From positions 25,178,401 through 25,242,400 of the forward strand of contig CM120641.1 in the NCBI GenBank assembly GCA_051362555.1: a stretch of DNA of 64,000 nucleotides, given 5' to 3'. Under the pieces are notes generated by a model. The model saw only the letters and a program-made list of their open reading frames with translations, was not told where the DNA came from and searched no databases. The stretch comes from Lingula anatina (taxonomy: Eukaryota > Animalia > Brachiopoda). Positions 46,581 through 60,820 of this stretch are shown here, piece after piece. Position numbers and translations under genes: made by a program. The stretch's first letter is position 1. The number at the start of each line of letters is the position of its first letter.

Positions 46581-48111
46581 AGGACTTGACTTAGAATGCC
46601 TTTATCAGATATATGTACTTTTTGATTCACCCGAAAGCATGTAATTGTTTGGTCATTGGGATGTGAATGTTTTATACAGTTGTTATTATTCTCATACATG
46701 TAGTATGTTTTTGTTAATGTGCTAATAGGATTTTATTTTCGCTCTTATTTTGTTTCCAGTAGTTTTAATTGTTACAGTTTCATTTTGTAAAATGCCAATC
46801 ACTGAGGGACCAGTGATGACTGAGGCATATTCCAGTGTTATTTGTTTGTTCATACTTGTTAACGGTAATGTTATTGAGTAAGACGTTGTATATACAATAT
46901 ACCCACACTGTAATCATGTCCGTGGACGGACAGCACGGCACCTTTAACCCAAGGCACGGCACCGCTACCAAAATTATCTATCCAGTGTCAATTTGACTTT
47001 TTCTTGATCACGCCTGTTGCTTAGAATGTATATCTAATAAGGATGAAAAAAATTATATTGTTATGTGTTTACAAAGGCTATATCTGTCATTAAGATCTCA
47101 GTAGAGCAAATTAGATCCATCCATCAAAGAAGAAAACCTCTTGTTAAGACAAATTTTTGAGAAATACTGATGCTTTCTCCTGGAGTTTCATCTAATCCTT
47201 GCAAATGCAAGCCATCAATTAGAGATATTTTCCCAGTATTCTATGACTTAATTATAGGGCTTCAATATGGTTTTTTGGAAATGTAATTTTATGTACACCC
47301 TTGACTGGTGTCATTTTTGAATGTCCAATAATGGCAAGATTAACACATATTAGAAAAGATTTATTAAGAGGTTGATGTTTGTCTACATGTATGTGTGTTC
47401 TTACTTAATCATTTCATGCGCGCTACCATTTAGGGCATGCTATTTTAAATGAGCATTCTAGTTAAAACCAAGGCCTTGAGAAGAGTTTTTAAAATGGATG
47501 TGGTCGCTTTAGGCATATGCTGCTACAACAGTATCTTTACTTAATAAGAGGTTTCATTAATTTGTCAAATTCACAGTGTGATAACTGACGTCGAAGTTGA
47601 ATCTTAATGCAGATGGGTTGCACAGAAAGTATTGATATTTAAAGAAAGATGTGTCAATGTGTGTGTGTTAGAATATGTTCGTTTTCATTCGTCTTAAGAG
47701 AACACATACACTGTGGTGTTCGTTTTTCGTTGAATATTGATAATGTGTTCAGTAGAGTCAGCCCCCTTTTCCTGATAACAATTCCTGTTGGTATTATTTT
47801 ACTGATTGATGAATGCTACAAATGGTTATTTTTAGGGTGTGGTTTTCATGGCTTTGTACGTTGTTGTGACAAGTAATTCTTAAAGACCACGATTAGCGTT
47901 TTAGCCCCCTCTTCCTTATTGCATTTTCACAGGATGTGAAATTATTATCCTAGTTAGAAACAAGTTTCATATTAAGGAGAGCACGGGATTTTTCTGTTGT
48001 GTGTTGTTGAAATGTTGATGATGTGTGTAACTTACTAAGTATTAGTATGTTCTCATTGTATATAGTATAATACTTAACAGCCTATTCAGCCTCAGTGCTC
48101 TATAATGTGCA

Positions 48112-48181
<70 letters not shown>

Positions 48182-50637
48182 TGTGTACTTCGATCAAGGT
48201 ACCATTCTATTTTATGTTTTACGAATGTAATGACCATCACAATTGTAAATCAAATCTGAATGCCGTATCAGGTGAGAGTTCCCTGTACGTCACAATAAAG
48301 CTTCTTTACTCATTGAATAGTTACAGTGACATATGTTACTGTAATAACAACCGTTGTCCTCTGTTGTCTTTACTTGTATTTCTTTTGAGTTATATAAATC
48401 ATTTTCGTGTGGATATTAGCAGTAAGGCACCCAATATCCTACGTTTGTCACGTGGACACAAGTGCTGTATTGGTAGAACTATCCGACACTATGTAATCGG
48501 CGGACTTGAGACTGGAGGGCGGGACGAGGGGGGGGGGGGGAGGGGGTTCCTTGATACGTTGATACCTTTTCAAGCAATGACAGAACCGACTGTGTTTGAT
48601 CGGAATGAGTTCAATGACACACAGCCGCGAAACTATAAGAAAAGGTCAAATACAGTACTAGTACTTCACCTTAGATGACAAATGTTTCCACGACAGCGCA
48701 AGTTTTAACAGGATATTCTAATAGCAATTTTCTTCTGATTAGTAACAGCGCAATGAGGGTTGCTTTGATTTTTCTTTGATTTCAGAGGCACATTCCTATA
48801 AGGTGGTAGGGGTTTCCAAGAATTTCGATATTGTTAACAGTGAGGCCCAGATTGGGTCTTATCAGTCTGTCCTTTTTCATTATCTGTTCAGTGTGAAAGG
48901 CAATTACCCGTCGGAGACAATGATGGTTTTTCTTTGATTTATTACGGGGCTGTCTCATTATCTGGATTAAGGTCATTCATCTTATAATGGCTTTTATAAC
49001 AGTAAAAAAGCAATGTGTCCATGTAGGACGAACGGAATCAATATTCAAGTCGCACCGATTCTGTACGACCATAACCCTTAATCATGTACTTTGCCAGAGG
49101 AATTTATTCTAAACTTTGCAAAGATCGTGTGCTTTTCTGTTAACTATATGTATTCTCATTATCTGCGGTGAGGTGCCACAGGCGTAGACAATAGGCCTGT
49201 ATTGTATTTTCTAAAATTATTCAGACATCTATGGATACAAAATCTTTTCTGAATGACGTTTTCGTGAATCGGTATCAGAATATAATGTAAAAAGATTACT
49301 GTAAAAGAGAGACTAATGTACCTACCTCGTATTGAAGTCCAACTAAGTCCTGGCAAAGAGTTAACCCTGTCACTAAGTCAACTTTAATTCAAATTTTCTA
49401 TGAATCGCTATTAAAAGTACATTGCTTACGAGCTACAAGGGACTAAGGGACCTACATGTAGCCCAGGAACTCTCTGTACAGTCTATCTAGCTGTATATCG
49501 GTGAATTCCTGGTGTTTTTGCCAATTGATTGAATCAACTGACTTATTGAAAATCCCTTTTTTGCCAAAAGTGACCAAAATAAAAATGCAACTTAAATTTT
49601 CATAATTATCAAATATCAAACAGAAATCAAATTGGCATTTTCATTTTATTGGATTGAAATGTATTACTTTCACATGCCAGCGTGAGCCTATGTGCCTGCT
49701 GATCATTTGTTCTTGCTCCGCACTCTAAGGGTGCCTATTTCCCAAAAGCAGTGAAAAACCAGTAACTCACATTCACCTGCCCAGGAACTCTCTGAGTGCT
49801 ATTCGACAGGAATTCAAAATTGACAGTGCTGTTCTACAGTTACACATTTCGAAAACATTTCGAACAACTAAAACAAATAAATACCGAAGTTCTGCTTTAA
49901 CTAAACTCTGACCACAGGCCCGCTAGTTGTATGTTACAAAATTATATTATCACATATACTTCAATTTTGTATACTATTTTAGACGCCCATGATATCACAG
50001 AGTTGTTTTAACGATCACTGTGAAAATTGGCACTTCACAGTAATTCTCACAAGTCGAGCCTTCCATAAATGATTAAAAATTGTAAATTGCAGTACTTGGC
50101 AACGCAGAAAGTGCAAGAAACCTGCAATTTATTCAGATCGAATACAGTGCGGATTTTTTTTTTTTTTCATTTTTTAAAATTCCCTTCTTGACTTGAAGCT
50201 CCCTCAGTGCCCTAAAAGAGCACCAAAAGTGTCAAGTAAAAAGCTTATAGTTCGCAATGTGCTATGCAATGGAAAACCGATCACGGCGTAAAGTGCTCTC
50301 TAGGTCCATGGCCCGTATTCCAGAATCTCCCTTTAGCGTTAAGGGAGACTTAAAGTCGACCTTATACAACATTTGTATTCCAAGACCTTTCTTTATCTCA
50401 CTTGAAAGGAATCACTTAAAAATTATCCTTAGCAAAGGAATCGGTCATTTCTAGAATCTGCTTTTGCTTAAAGATTTCCTTTATTTTCGGCTGAGGATTC
50501 CTTAAAATGTAAGGTTGGTCTGGAGTAACTTTTAGTACTCCTTAAGCAGCCATCGTGTACATTTCTCTTGTGAAAATCAGCTCCATGGAGGACTATATAA
50601 ACCAACATGCCTACCTAAATTCAAAATAATTAAATTC

Positions 50638-50930
50638 AACTAGAAAAGCACTCCGAGAGCAAAGTGTCCACCCAATGTTCATTCTATAATGATTTAGTTT
50701 TTTGATTTTTGATTATTGATTGATTATTGATCCAGATCACCACCAAAAACGAATCATCTGTTCCTTGGCCCACTTGTGACAGTTTCTGAAAATTTTATCA
50801 CAATCGGCGCATAACTTTTTGAGTTTTTTTGATTAATGATAATTGATTGATTATTGATCTTGATCACCACCAAAAACTAATCACTTCTAATATAACCCAT
50901 TTCAGACCTACCCTGAAAATTTCATCAAGT
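50638..50930 (-). mobile_element. Element E relative, reverse orientation
   Basis: AACTAGAAAAGCACTCCGAGAG and repeated TGATTGATTATTGATC..GATCACCACCAAAAAC. Confidence 0.65.
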
Positions 50931-53514
50931 ATGTTCCTGTTGGATAAATTGCATAACATATTTTAAACCTGTTGCAAATCTTACAAACATTACCTAAACC
51001 TAATCTGTTTTCAAAGTGTGCAGGGGTTAAATCTTGCATGTAGGAATTTCTGAAACAGCACACGATATTTTGACTTCTCGCTGTTGATTGAGTAATTTTT
51101 CAGGTATTAGTGTGTTATTTAGAGTTGAACGAAGGATTGCTCTCGCTGGTGTTGCCTCGTTTTGTGAGAGGTACAGGCATGCTCGCCCCCCCACCCCCCC
51201 CACCTCCTCTCTCTCTTTCGGCACTTGTGAATCTTAATTTAGTATCATGGAATCATGGAGGCCCTACAATATACCTCCCACACTTATTCATTTATCCAAA
51301 TTCTCTCTTAATAATTCCCTCCACTTTTCCCAGACAAGCGATGTGTATTGAAATTAGGAATAAGGGATGATCATTACGTTATATCTAAGCACGTCCAGTT
51401 ATTTCTTAGAACGCCATTGAAGAATAATTGCTGCAAAATGGCAGATAAAAATAACTGCACTTTTTGCACATGGCTACATGTACGAAGAACGTGACTAGAT
51501 ACATCTTGGGATACAAAGAACAGGTTTTTATGCTTAGTACAGAACCATTTACAGATGCATTTTAACGTGTTTGTCCTTTGGTCATTTGGAAAATAAGTTA
51601 TGTACGTGCACAGAACATGAAAATGAACATCTTTCAAATTCATTATTTATTTTTGTACCTTAAATGCCTGGGCCAGATATACATTTTAGATTTATATCAT
51701 ATAAGTTATTCAATTATGTTCCATCACTTCAGTTAATTACATTGCTTTTACCTCCTGAAGATATCATCATCATTTTCTTTTATCATAATAGAAAGTCTTG
51801 AATGTAATGAAAGTTTTGTTTAAACTGCTATTTCTTTGTGATGTTGTCAACTTCTTATCGTTGCATTCGGTTTGAGATAAAACAAAAACGCAACCCCTCT
51901 TGTGGAACGAAGATCTCCGGCTGACTTTCTGACGTTGAGGTCTTAAAGTAGTTGCGGTCTTAAAGTAGTTCATAGCTTTCTAAACTTGTTAATTAATGTC
52001 TTTTTTTTTAATTCGTTGCTGAGGGAGATTTTCCTGATAACAAAACAACTACAATGTATGTTTGACCGAACTTTCTTATTAGTTTCGAAGCAATACAGAA
52101 AATTGCTGCTATTACTCCATGCTTGCACCCAGAAGGCCTATAGAAGATATGTACTGCCTGTTGTTCACTTGGAAATAGGACAGCTGGAATCTTATTATGA
52201 TGTGATTGCTCAAGTGGCTGTTGTATAAGCAAAATGAAGTTTGCAATTAGCAGCGTATTTTATGAATGTCCATCTGCACTTGACGATAAGTATCATTAGG
52301 CCTACACATTGACGATATTTTCTATTACCCATGTGGTCTGAAGTATGTTGGGTCACCACTTGTGATAAAAAATCCCCCATTTCCTCAAATTTTGAGGAAT
52401 CTGTAAGCAACGCCCCTGCAGCTTGCAAACGTCGTGACAAGTTACCAAAGAAATGCCTGAGGTGACATATCTAAGGGTAAGTGAGCTTATCATGACTATT
52501 GACTTAATAACTTGTCTTCCATGCCAAACAAGTAGGGCCTAATTCATATACCCCAGCATGTATGATAGAACTGGAGAGTGATCAAATAAGACAACTCAAT
52601 TGAATTAGTTATCTGTAGCACGGTTTGCTCTCAAATAGATCGCTGCTTGACTTCCTTCGGTGTCTGGTTTCACGCGGGGGACTGGTACTATAAATACAAG
52701 TACTTCGCCACTGCATTGAACGGTTTGGTGGCCTGGAAAAGTTGATGCTTTCCTTGTAAAAATACATCTCGGAAGATCACGTATATCTCTCCATTGTTCA
52801 AATGTCAGGGTCACAAAAGTTCACTTGAAAACAATACATAATAGAGAGAGATATCTGTGCAAGTTTGGTTTGAATAAACCGTCTCAGTTTTCCATACCAG
52901 CTATTTAAATGGTTCACAAAACGCGTTGATTTGTTGAGTCGGAAGAAAAGCACGCGCGACATGTATAACAGCAAAAGCTTTATCACGTTTTTTTTTTTCT
53001 TTGGGGGGGGGGGGTCATGGCAGCTGCTTTAGTATCTCATCCTTTGTTAAGTTCGCTTTTTTTGCCTAACGAAATGTCAAGATTCCTATGCTTATCCGTA
53101 ATGCTTCAAAAGGACCCGACAAAATTAGTTTCAATTCCAAGAATCTTTTTCGTCTGTCAAAACTCAAGGAATGCTATTTATCGACCACCGCTCTTCCGTT
53201 TTAAAGCCTATTACAAAGATACTTGCACATAATACTGACATTCATGCACTGACACAACAACATGTTTATTTAACGTGAAAGTTAACAACTGCAATCCAAA
53301 TATATTAACCGTAATTCCTGATTGAGACAACATATGCAGCATGTGGTTTTAAGTTGATTTATTTATTTATTTATTTGCAACCAAAAGTTAAATGGTACAG
53401 TCATAATTGAAGTGGTAATTCTAAGAAAGAAAAATTCGAAATTGAAACATTTTCTAAAAACTGCACTGAAATTAAACATTTTGTAGGTATTTGCATAAAA
53501 GTGATGTTGTTTTT

Positions 53515-53920
53515 AAAATATGCTCCAAATGGCCTCCACGACAATGAAGGCACACTTGCATACGTCACCAAAAATTGTCAATTACACTTCACAGAACACA
53601 TTTCTCCTTCGGGTTATCCCTGCTTTTTGCTGTGATTGCTGCCTTCAGTTCACCAATCGTTTGATGGCTCCTCTGGAATACTTTATCCTTGAGATACCCT
53701 TACAGAAAAAATTTGAGGGAGTTCAAGTCTGGAGAATGCCATGTCCACTCAACATTTAACATACTGGTAACACTTCCTGCTGATCATGATCAGTCTCTCT
53801 TGAAATCGCTCTCTAAGTCAGGCTGGGGATTCATGTGATATGCGGGCTGGTCATGCCTTGAAGGAACCACTGTATCCCTCTGCATCGTCCCAGTGATGTC
53901 CAGAACTTCCTCAGCCACAT
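53515..53920 (-). pseudogene. Tc1/mariner transposase C-terminal relic
   Basis: EWTWHSPDLNSLKFFL*GYLKDKVF...ELKAAI...RMQVCLHCRGGHLEHIL matches WPxxSPDLNPxDFFLWGYLK...GGHFEH; has stops. Confidence 0.85.
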
Positions 53921-53989
53921 ACAGTGTAGCTGATATGCCGTTTGAGAATAGTGATATAGTGTATCCGTTGACAAGCTTTAGTGTAGATC

Positions 53990-54900
53990 AGGTGTACAAA
54001 TGTTCATACCAGGTTAGATCATGACTAATTATAAGGCCTAAAAAGACTGAAGTTTTTACCTAAATACAATTTCACTGCCATGTTTATATAACGGAACTAA
54101 TTGATGGTCTGACTTACAGAAGTCGAATACAATTTCATTGGTTTTCTTTGAATGTATTTTCGCTTTGTTGGTGATTGACCATTTGACCGCTTCATTTGTT
54201 GCCATTTGGAAGGTGTCAAGGGATTGTGTATTACCAGAGCTGAGGAGGGTTGTGTCCTTCACATATTTAAATGACACTATAGTTGTGTGAAGGTCAATTA
54301 TCACAATCACGAAAAGAATAGGTCTTAGTTTTGTTCCTTGTGGTATTCCTGCTTTGATATTAAGCCAGTTGTGAATGGAATTTCCAATTTTCACACGTTT
54401 TCGTAAGGAATTTGGAATTCCATTTTTTTAATGAAGTCGAACACTTCTAGGTCTATAAGCTTTTGTAATATTAGTGAGTGATCTATTTTGTCAAATGTTA
54501 ACGTGTTAGTGAAATCGACTGGCAGCATGCGTATGTACTGCCCTAGCCTGTCTTTCTTGCAATTACACATGTCTTCGATTAAAGCGTGTGCCCTACAGCT
54601 ACCCTTAATACTTTCAAATTGTCTTTTGTCCCTTCTTCAGGCGAAAATTAATCTCTCCAGCACCTTTGACAACACTAGAGTTAAAGATATAGGGCGGATG
54701 TCTGTTTGCACTGTCTTTGGTGGGGTGCATTTAGGTAGGGGAGTTTAAAAATGCTTTACTGATTGCAAGACGTGGCTTTTTGGGCTAAGGCTTGGATATC
54801 ACCATAGCTTTCATTATTTGTTTGATTCTGAAGACTATTACTTTGGACTGTTTGGCTTAATTAATTTTCATACACTGTAATCTTTATCTTATTCCACCAC
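53990..54900 (-). pseudogene. Non-LTR retrotransposon (L2/CR1-type) reverse transcriptase relic
   Basis: DIRPISLTLVLSKVLE, AGIPQGTKLRPILF, degenerate FKYVKDTT (YxDD); frameshifted. Confidence 0.85.
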
Positions 54901-57900
54901 CGCCTTGATCTTAGCACTTTGGCAAACCTTCCAATAGATCGGTTCGAAAACTGTACAAATAGACGAGTTTAGAGGCTGGTGTAAACCTACTTTTGACCAT
55001 TAGATACTGTGCCGCTGCTGACAAGTAACCTAGCTCACAAGGCAATCATAAGTCTCCAGGTTCAGAACTGTAAAAAATAAAATAAGGGGCTCTCCATCCC
55101 TGATGAACTGGGCGCGACAAGCTATTTCACGGGAGCCAGAGAGAATGCACAGAGGAGGAAAGGGGGTTACAAAGAAAGCAGAAGCAACGGTCGGAGCCGG
55201 TCATCGTTAACTTCATTCAATGGACGCCGACGGTGGGTGAAGGGAAGCCCAATGAAGGCAGTATCATCCGTTTTATCGCCTAGATTGACACTATGAAAAT
55301 TGCATCTTTAACGTACCGACCACTGACCGATCACTGAGCATTTATTATGCAACCGCAGTGATGCTTGTTTCTCCTTTCTGCCTCCTTTGAACCACCTTTC
55401 AGCCACCAACTTCTTTCATGACCTTCGTGCGATTGTTTTGAACACTTTCACGACGAGGCGTGAGCATCTACCACCCTTGTGCGACCTGAGCGACCACTGT
55501 GATTCCTCTAGTTACCAGTTCACACAAAGGAGGCACAAAGCTCGCCTTCCTGTGGAATATCGAGTTCTTATAGCCGATGTACTGGTAGGTTTAATCTGGT
55601 TTGAATTCCTTGATTTAGATCTTACATACAAAATTTCCACATTGCACCATAAAACTGATCGTTTTAACAATTAGAATTCTTATATAGTAATTAGTACATG
55701 TTTGCTAATTGATTGTGCTGTCTTGCCTTATGATATATATTTACTAAGCTTTAAAGTATAAAACAGTGATAAAACATGTCGGTTTGCCCTTAAAAAGCAG
55801 TCTGATTTGGCAATACAAATAACATATTTTATAGCTGACTATAGTCATGTGTCATGTGTATGCATCGTGATGCGTGTTGTGTGAAAGGATGGAAGAGATA
55901 AATCATTTCTATGCGATCAAATTCAAATTCGTCAGCTAGAGATAGGAGAACTTGTGGAATCATATATCACTCAAATCTGCTGAGACTAATTTAGCTATGT
56001 AAACAGCGGAAGCGGAGCCTGGGAGGTGACGATGAGCTTCTTTGGCTAGAAGAATAAATAAATACATGTAATATGAAAAAATGCACGAAATGGTTTAAGC
56101 GGTAGTTTTCGGCAGTCGAAACTGCTGTTAGCAAATACCAGCTGTTGTGTCATGCCCCAACTGCACGTGTGCACATTGAATTGCTTCCATCTGGCCAAAA
56201 ATCACAGGGTCGTGCTAGAGAGTACCGGTATGTCCACATAACATACGCGGCCCTTGTAGAGGGTTAAAGGGTTTGCTTCATACCGTCAGAATGGCCTCAA
56301 CGGAACATATTCTTCAGAAAACATGCCCAACTAACGATATCTTTATCCAAATACACAAATTAAAAGCTCATTTTGTAAATTTTTGTCTTTAAAAAAACGT
56401 CCTATTTGCTCGGCCTGGGAGTTAATTGAGCTACATGGTCACGTGGTCCGATGACGACAATCGAGCCACTGGAGAACAGAGCGTGCTTAGCTGTCAAACT
56501 GAGCTGCATTGTCTACCTGTAAGATGACTTCTCTGGCTTCTGATAAAAGTTAATACTCATTCAAATCTCTTACCCGAGGGATCTAAATCCTCATGAAGCT
56601 GTGTAAAACCATTCCCGTCTAGTCAATTCTTTAACGAGCATTTAATTATGGTTATCCCAAGTTGTATAAAACACTGCATTTGAATGAGTAAAGGGTACTG
56701 TGGATTATTGCATATGAGGGCCATGTTATTTGTGAAATTCAATTAATTTTATTAAACCGCTGACGCTCCGTCTTGGATACTCTTCTTAAACTGAGGTAAA
56801 CGATGCCCGTTACCTTTACAAGTCCCATCTTAATCATCCATCTAACTGGAACTTCCTTTACCTCTTAATTAGAGGGTTAAATGGCTGGCGATATTTATCT
56901 CAGGTAAAAATCTACCTGTGCTTTAGTTTCAAAGAGCAGCTCCCGCAGACCTGGGGGTACTAGATAAAATCTGAACACCGGGTTTATTGAGGAGCTAGAG
57001 AAACAAAGGAAGAATTTTTCCTGCACAGCTTCATAGGAATTTTAGCACGGACTTGATCCAGCTTAGACCTTCTAATTAACAGGGTGACATGGGCAATTTT
57101 CAAATACAAAATAAACAAATAATAAAACTATATTTCAGTTAGCCTCCTCTTAAATAAATATACCGTTCTGGATAAATTAGAACATTTATTAAATCGACAG
57201 AAAATTTTTGACTTAAATGATGATTTTATTATTAATGGAAATTAAGCTACTATATGGGGCACATTTGCTGAGATTACGCTGTTCTTGATGTTTTGCGTTA
57301 GTCTACATTTTGCTGTGCGTGCTTGGAATTTTTTTATTTTTTATACTCACGTATGTAAAACTGCACATTTAGTAAACATTCAAGTAATGATTTTTCCCAT
57401 GCTACTTAAAGCAAACAATGCTCTTTTACCTTGATCTGCTACATGTTTTTGGGTTTGACAAAGCATACAAATTTGCAAAAAGTTTTGTGTACAGACGCAG
57501 AACTTGTATTTCAAGGTATAAAATGATAAATCTTTTAAATTATTTTATACTTCAGATGAAATAACATTCAGAAACAAATCCTCAAAGCATAAACGAATTA
57601 GGATTACGAACCATTTTAGTACATAAGTTCCTATTTTTTTCTTTAATATACCGCTCTTTTTTTCTGTTTGTTCTTCAACACGTTTTCTTCCACGGAAGAA
57701 ATGCCTGGGCATACGCATGCTTCAAGTTACCCTGAGCGCAATTACTTTTATAAATGTTCGCGACGGTGTTTGAATTCAATTGTTTAAATATTGATATTAA
57801 AGGTCATTTACAAATACCAATAAAATCACCCCATGAAATAAATGAGATATTTTGAAAAATATGAAAGCCCACCAAGACGATTTTGATACCTGTTATTACC

Positions 57901-58504
57901 TGGGTTGGGAAGTGCATCGGTGCATAATTAACAGGTTTGTTGTAAACGAGCTTTTGGTCAACTACAATGCATTTAAAATGCATCAGCAATCAGTAAGTTT
58001 GCCAACTGATGACAGTTAATCTGAAAGACTACCAGCTCTTGATATGATCTAAACCACCTGAGGTGACCATGATCTAGAGCATCGCAACTATTGTCACCGA
58101 AGTTAGTAAGTCACGGAAGACCGTCACAGACAAAGAAAGATTGTCAAAGAGAGCTGCAATTTTGGTGAATCCCACGGCAACACACCGAGGCATAACGAAA
58201 ATTCCTCAACTCCGTTCAACACAACTTTCCTTAACTTCTCCGTCTGTACAGTATGCACCATGCAGCTCAGTTGAGTCTCATAGACCTTTATCGTGATTGT
58301 CGTCACAGTACCACGTGACCTAGATCTGTTGCTTCGTTTATGCATATTGAGGTGAGGTTTACTAAAACGCTTTTTGTCTACTAATAGATTGTTTTTATGA
58401 TTTTTGAATGACGGGGATCGATTAAAACATAACTGTAGTGTATAGATTAAGTGCTGGATCTTCAGAATTCGAGAAATGGATTTTTATATGATTATTGTCC
58501 TTTA

Positions 58505-59925
58505 AGGTTTACCATATCCAAAACTGTTCACCGTATTGCTATTCATAAACCCGTGTTTGGGTTTTAATTAAGTTTTCTACACATGAAGCATTTGAGACTC
58601 TCGTAATGGAGGTAGCAACTGATACACGGGTGAGTTTTACTCGGGACGGTAAGATTAGAAATTTACATCTCAAGTATAGGGTTATTGATCGTTATTTTTA
58701 ATGTTGCTGATTAAGTATACCAAAGTGATTTAGGGAAGATTGATATAATTTCCATGAAAGTTATTAAAATTTTTCTGCTATAAAAACCAAAATCTCACGA
58801 CTTAGCGTAAAATCAACCGATAATTCGCAGTATTTTGAGGAAAGTGGAGTAAGAAATAATAACATATTAGCGAGTGCGGTTTGGCAACGAAGCTGACCGA
58901 ATTATGCCTTAGTGATTAAGGGAACGTTGATGATTGGTTTATTTTTACTTGTGGAATCATATATCACTCAAATCTGCTGAGACTAATTTAGCTATGCAAA
59001 CAGCGGAAGCGGAGCCTGGGAGGTGACGATGCGCTTCTTTGGCTAGAAGAATAAATAAGTAATGTGAAAAAATGCACGAAATGGTTGAAGCGGTAGTTTT
59101 CGGCAGTCGAAACTGCTTTTAGCAAATGCCAGCTGTTGTGTCATGCCCCTATTTCACACAGACCAGGAGTATCATACCCAGAACAAATTTTGTAGGACGA
59201 CCTCGGGCTCATCCTGTCGGTGTTCTGACTGATACTCCGAAATGCGATCTGACACACACCTTGAAAACGGGTAATGTGGTCCGATATACCGGTAAATTCA
59301 GGATCCTTATGTGCCGAGTCTGGTAGTTGGGTAGGCCTGTTTACACATCGGTGCGGGCCCCAGCTCTCTGCAGAGCGGATACAATACCAACTGCACGTGT
59401 GCACATTGAATTGCTTCCATCTGGCCAAAAATCACAGGGTCGCGCTAGAGAGTACCGGTATGTCCACATAACATACGCGGCCCTTGTAGAGGGTTAAGGT
59501 TTACCATATCCAAAACTGTTCACCGTATTGCTATTCATAAACCCGTGTTTGGGTTTTAATTAAGTTTTCTACACATGAAGCATTTGAGACTCTCGTAATG
59601 GAGGTAGCAACTAATACACGGGTGAGTTTTACTCGGGACGGTAAGATTAGAAATTTACATCTCAAATATAGGGTTATTGATCGTTGCTGATTAGGTATAC
59701 CAAAGTGATTTAGGGAAGATTTTTACAATTTCCATGAAAGTTATTTAATTTTTCCTGCTATAAAAACCCAGATCTCGCGACATAGCGTAAAATCTACCGA
59801 TATTTCGCAGTATTTTGAGGAAAGTGGAGTTAGAAATAATAACATATTAGCGAGTGCGGTTTGGCAACGAAGCTGACAGAATTATGACTTAGTGATTTAG
59901 GGAACGTTGATGATTGGTTTATTTT
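58505..59925 (+). repeat. Local duplication X-Y-X' (X ~430 bp at 58505 and 59497); Y also at 55950-56266 with an internal deletion
   Basis: AGGTTTACCATATCCAAAACTG twice; ACTTGTGGAATCATATATCAC...AGAGGGTTAA twice. Confidence 0.85.
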
Positions 59926-60218
59926 GCTGGTTGATTTTCACCTATATTCCTGAAAAGTTGACCACACTTGAGGTACCTTTTCTCGCACTTTTTCTAGTTT
60001 TTTGTTACGTCACACGGTGCCGACAGTCTCGTTTGAGACTGCTTCGGGTAACACACACTGATGGTTCTATAAAGTTCCATTTACACTGAAAGGATAGGCA
60101 CCTGTATTGATCAATTAATGTATTGTAATGTATTAATATATTAATGTATTAATGTAGTAATGTATTAATGAACTTTGATATATGGTACACGTAGTTTATC
60201 TTAGAGTTTTTACTTTTT

Positions 60219-60820
60219 AATAATAATAATAATAATAATTTATTGAGCACAGAATTTTTTTTTTACATTTAGAGGCTCTCTAACTACTATATATTATACA
60301 TATGGAAAGATAGTAATAATAGTAAATAAATGATAAAATTATACCTATATAATGTTATACAATAAACATTCTAGTAATATACAGGTGAGATGCATGGAAT
60401 CATTTGTGCACTTCTACTTACTTTTTTTCATAATTTTACTTACAAAATTCCGTACTGCAATTGCACTCTGTTCATTGGGTGGGTTTAGAATGATGTCAAG
60501 CTGTTTGACCTTGTCTGTTAGACCCTGCAAGTTTACCTCTGGTAATTCGAATAGCAATTTTCTTTCAATTTCGTGATGGGCGCATTTTAGGAAAAAATGA
60601 ATTTCATCTTCCACCACATTACAATAGGGGCATTTTCGGTCTGAAAGTTGTGTTTTTGTTTGTTTGTATGTCGCTCTCTTTCAATTTCTAGGTCATGGTC
60701 ACTAATTCGCATTTTTGCCAAAAGTTTTTTGTGGGTGCGTGAAATATTCATTTTTAAGTATTTTAACTTAAAAGTACTTTTTAAGAGCGAGGTGAGATTT
60801 GAAATGATAATCAGACACAC
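60219..60820 (-). pseudogene. 3' end of a LINE with (TAT)n tail
   Basis: AKMRISDHDLEIERERH and VEDEIHFFLKC are typical LINE ORF2 C-terminal motifs; AATAAA plus (TTA)n tail on the minus strand at 60219-60245. Confidence 0.75.

Noticed and set aside
58505-59925. LTR retrotransposon
   Set aside because: Direct repeats lack TG...CA ends, PBS/PPT and any gag/pol remnant.
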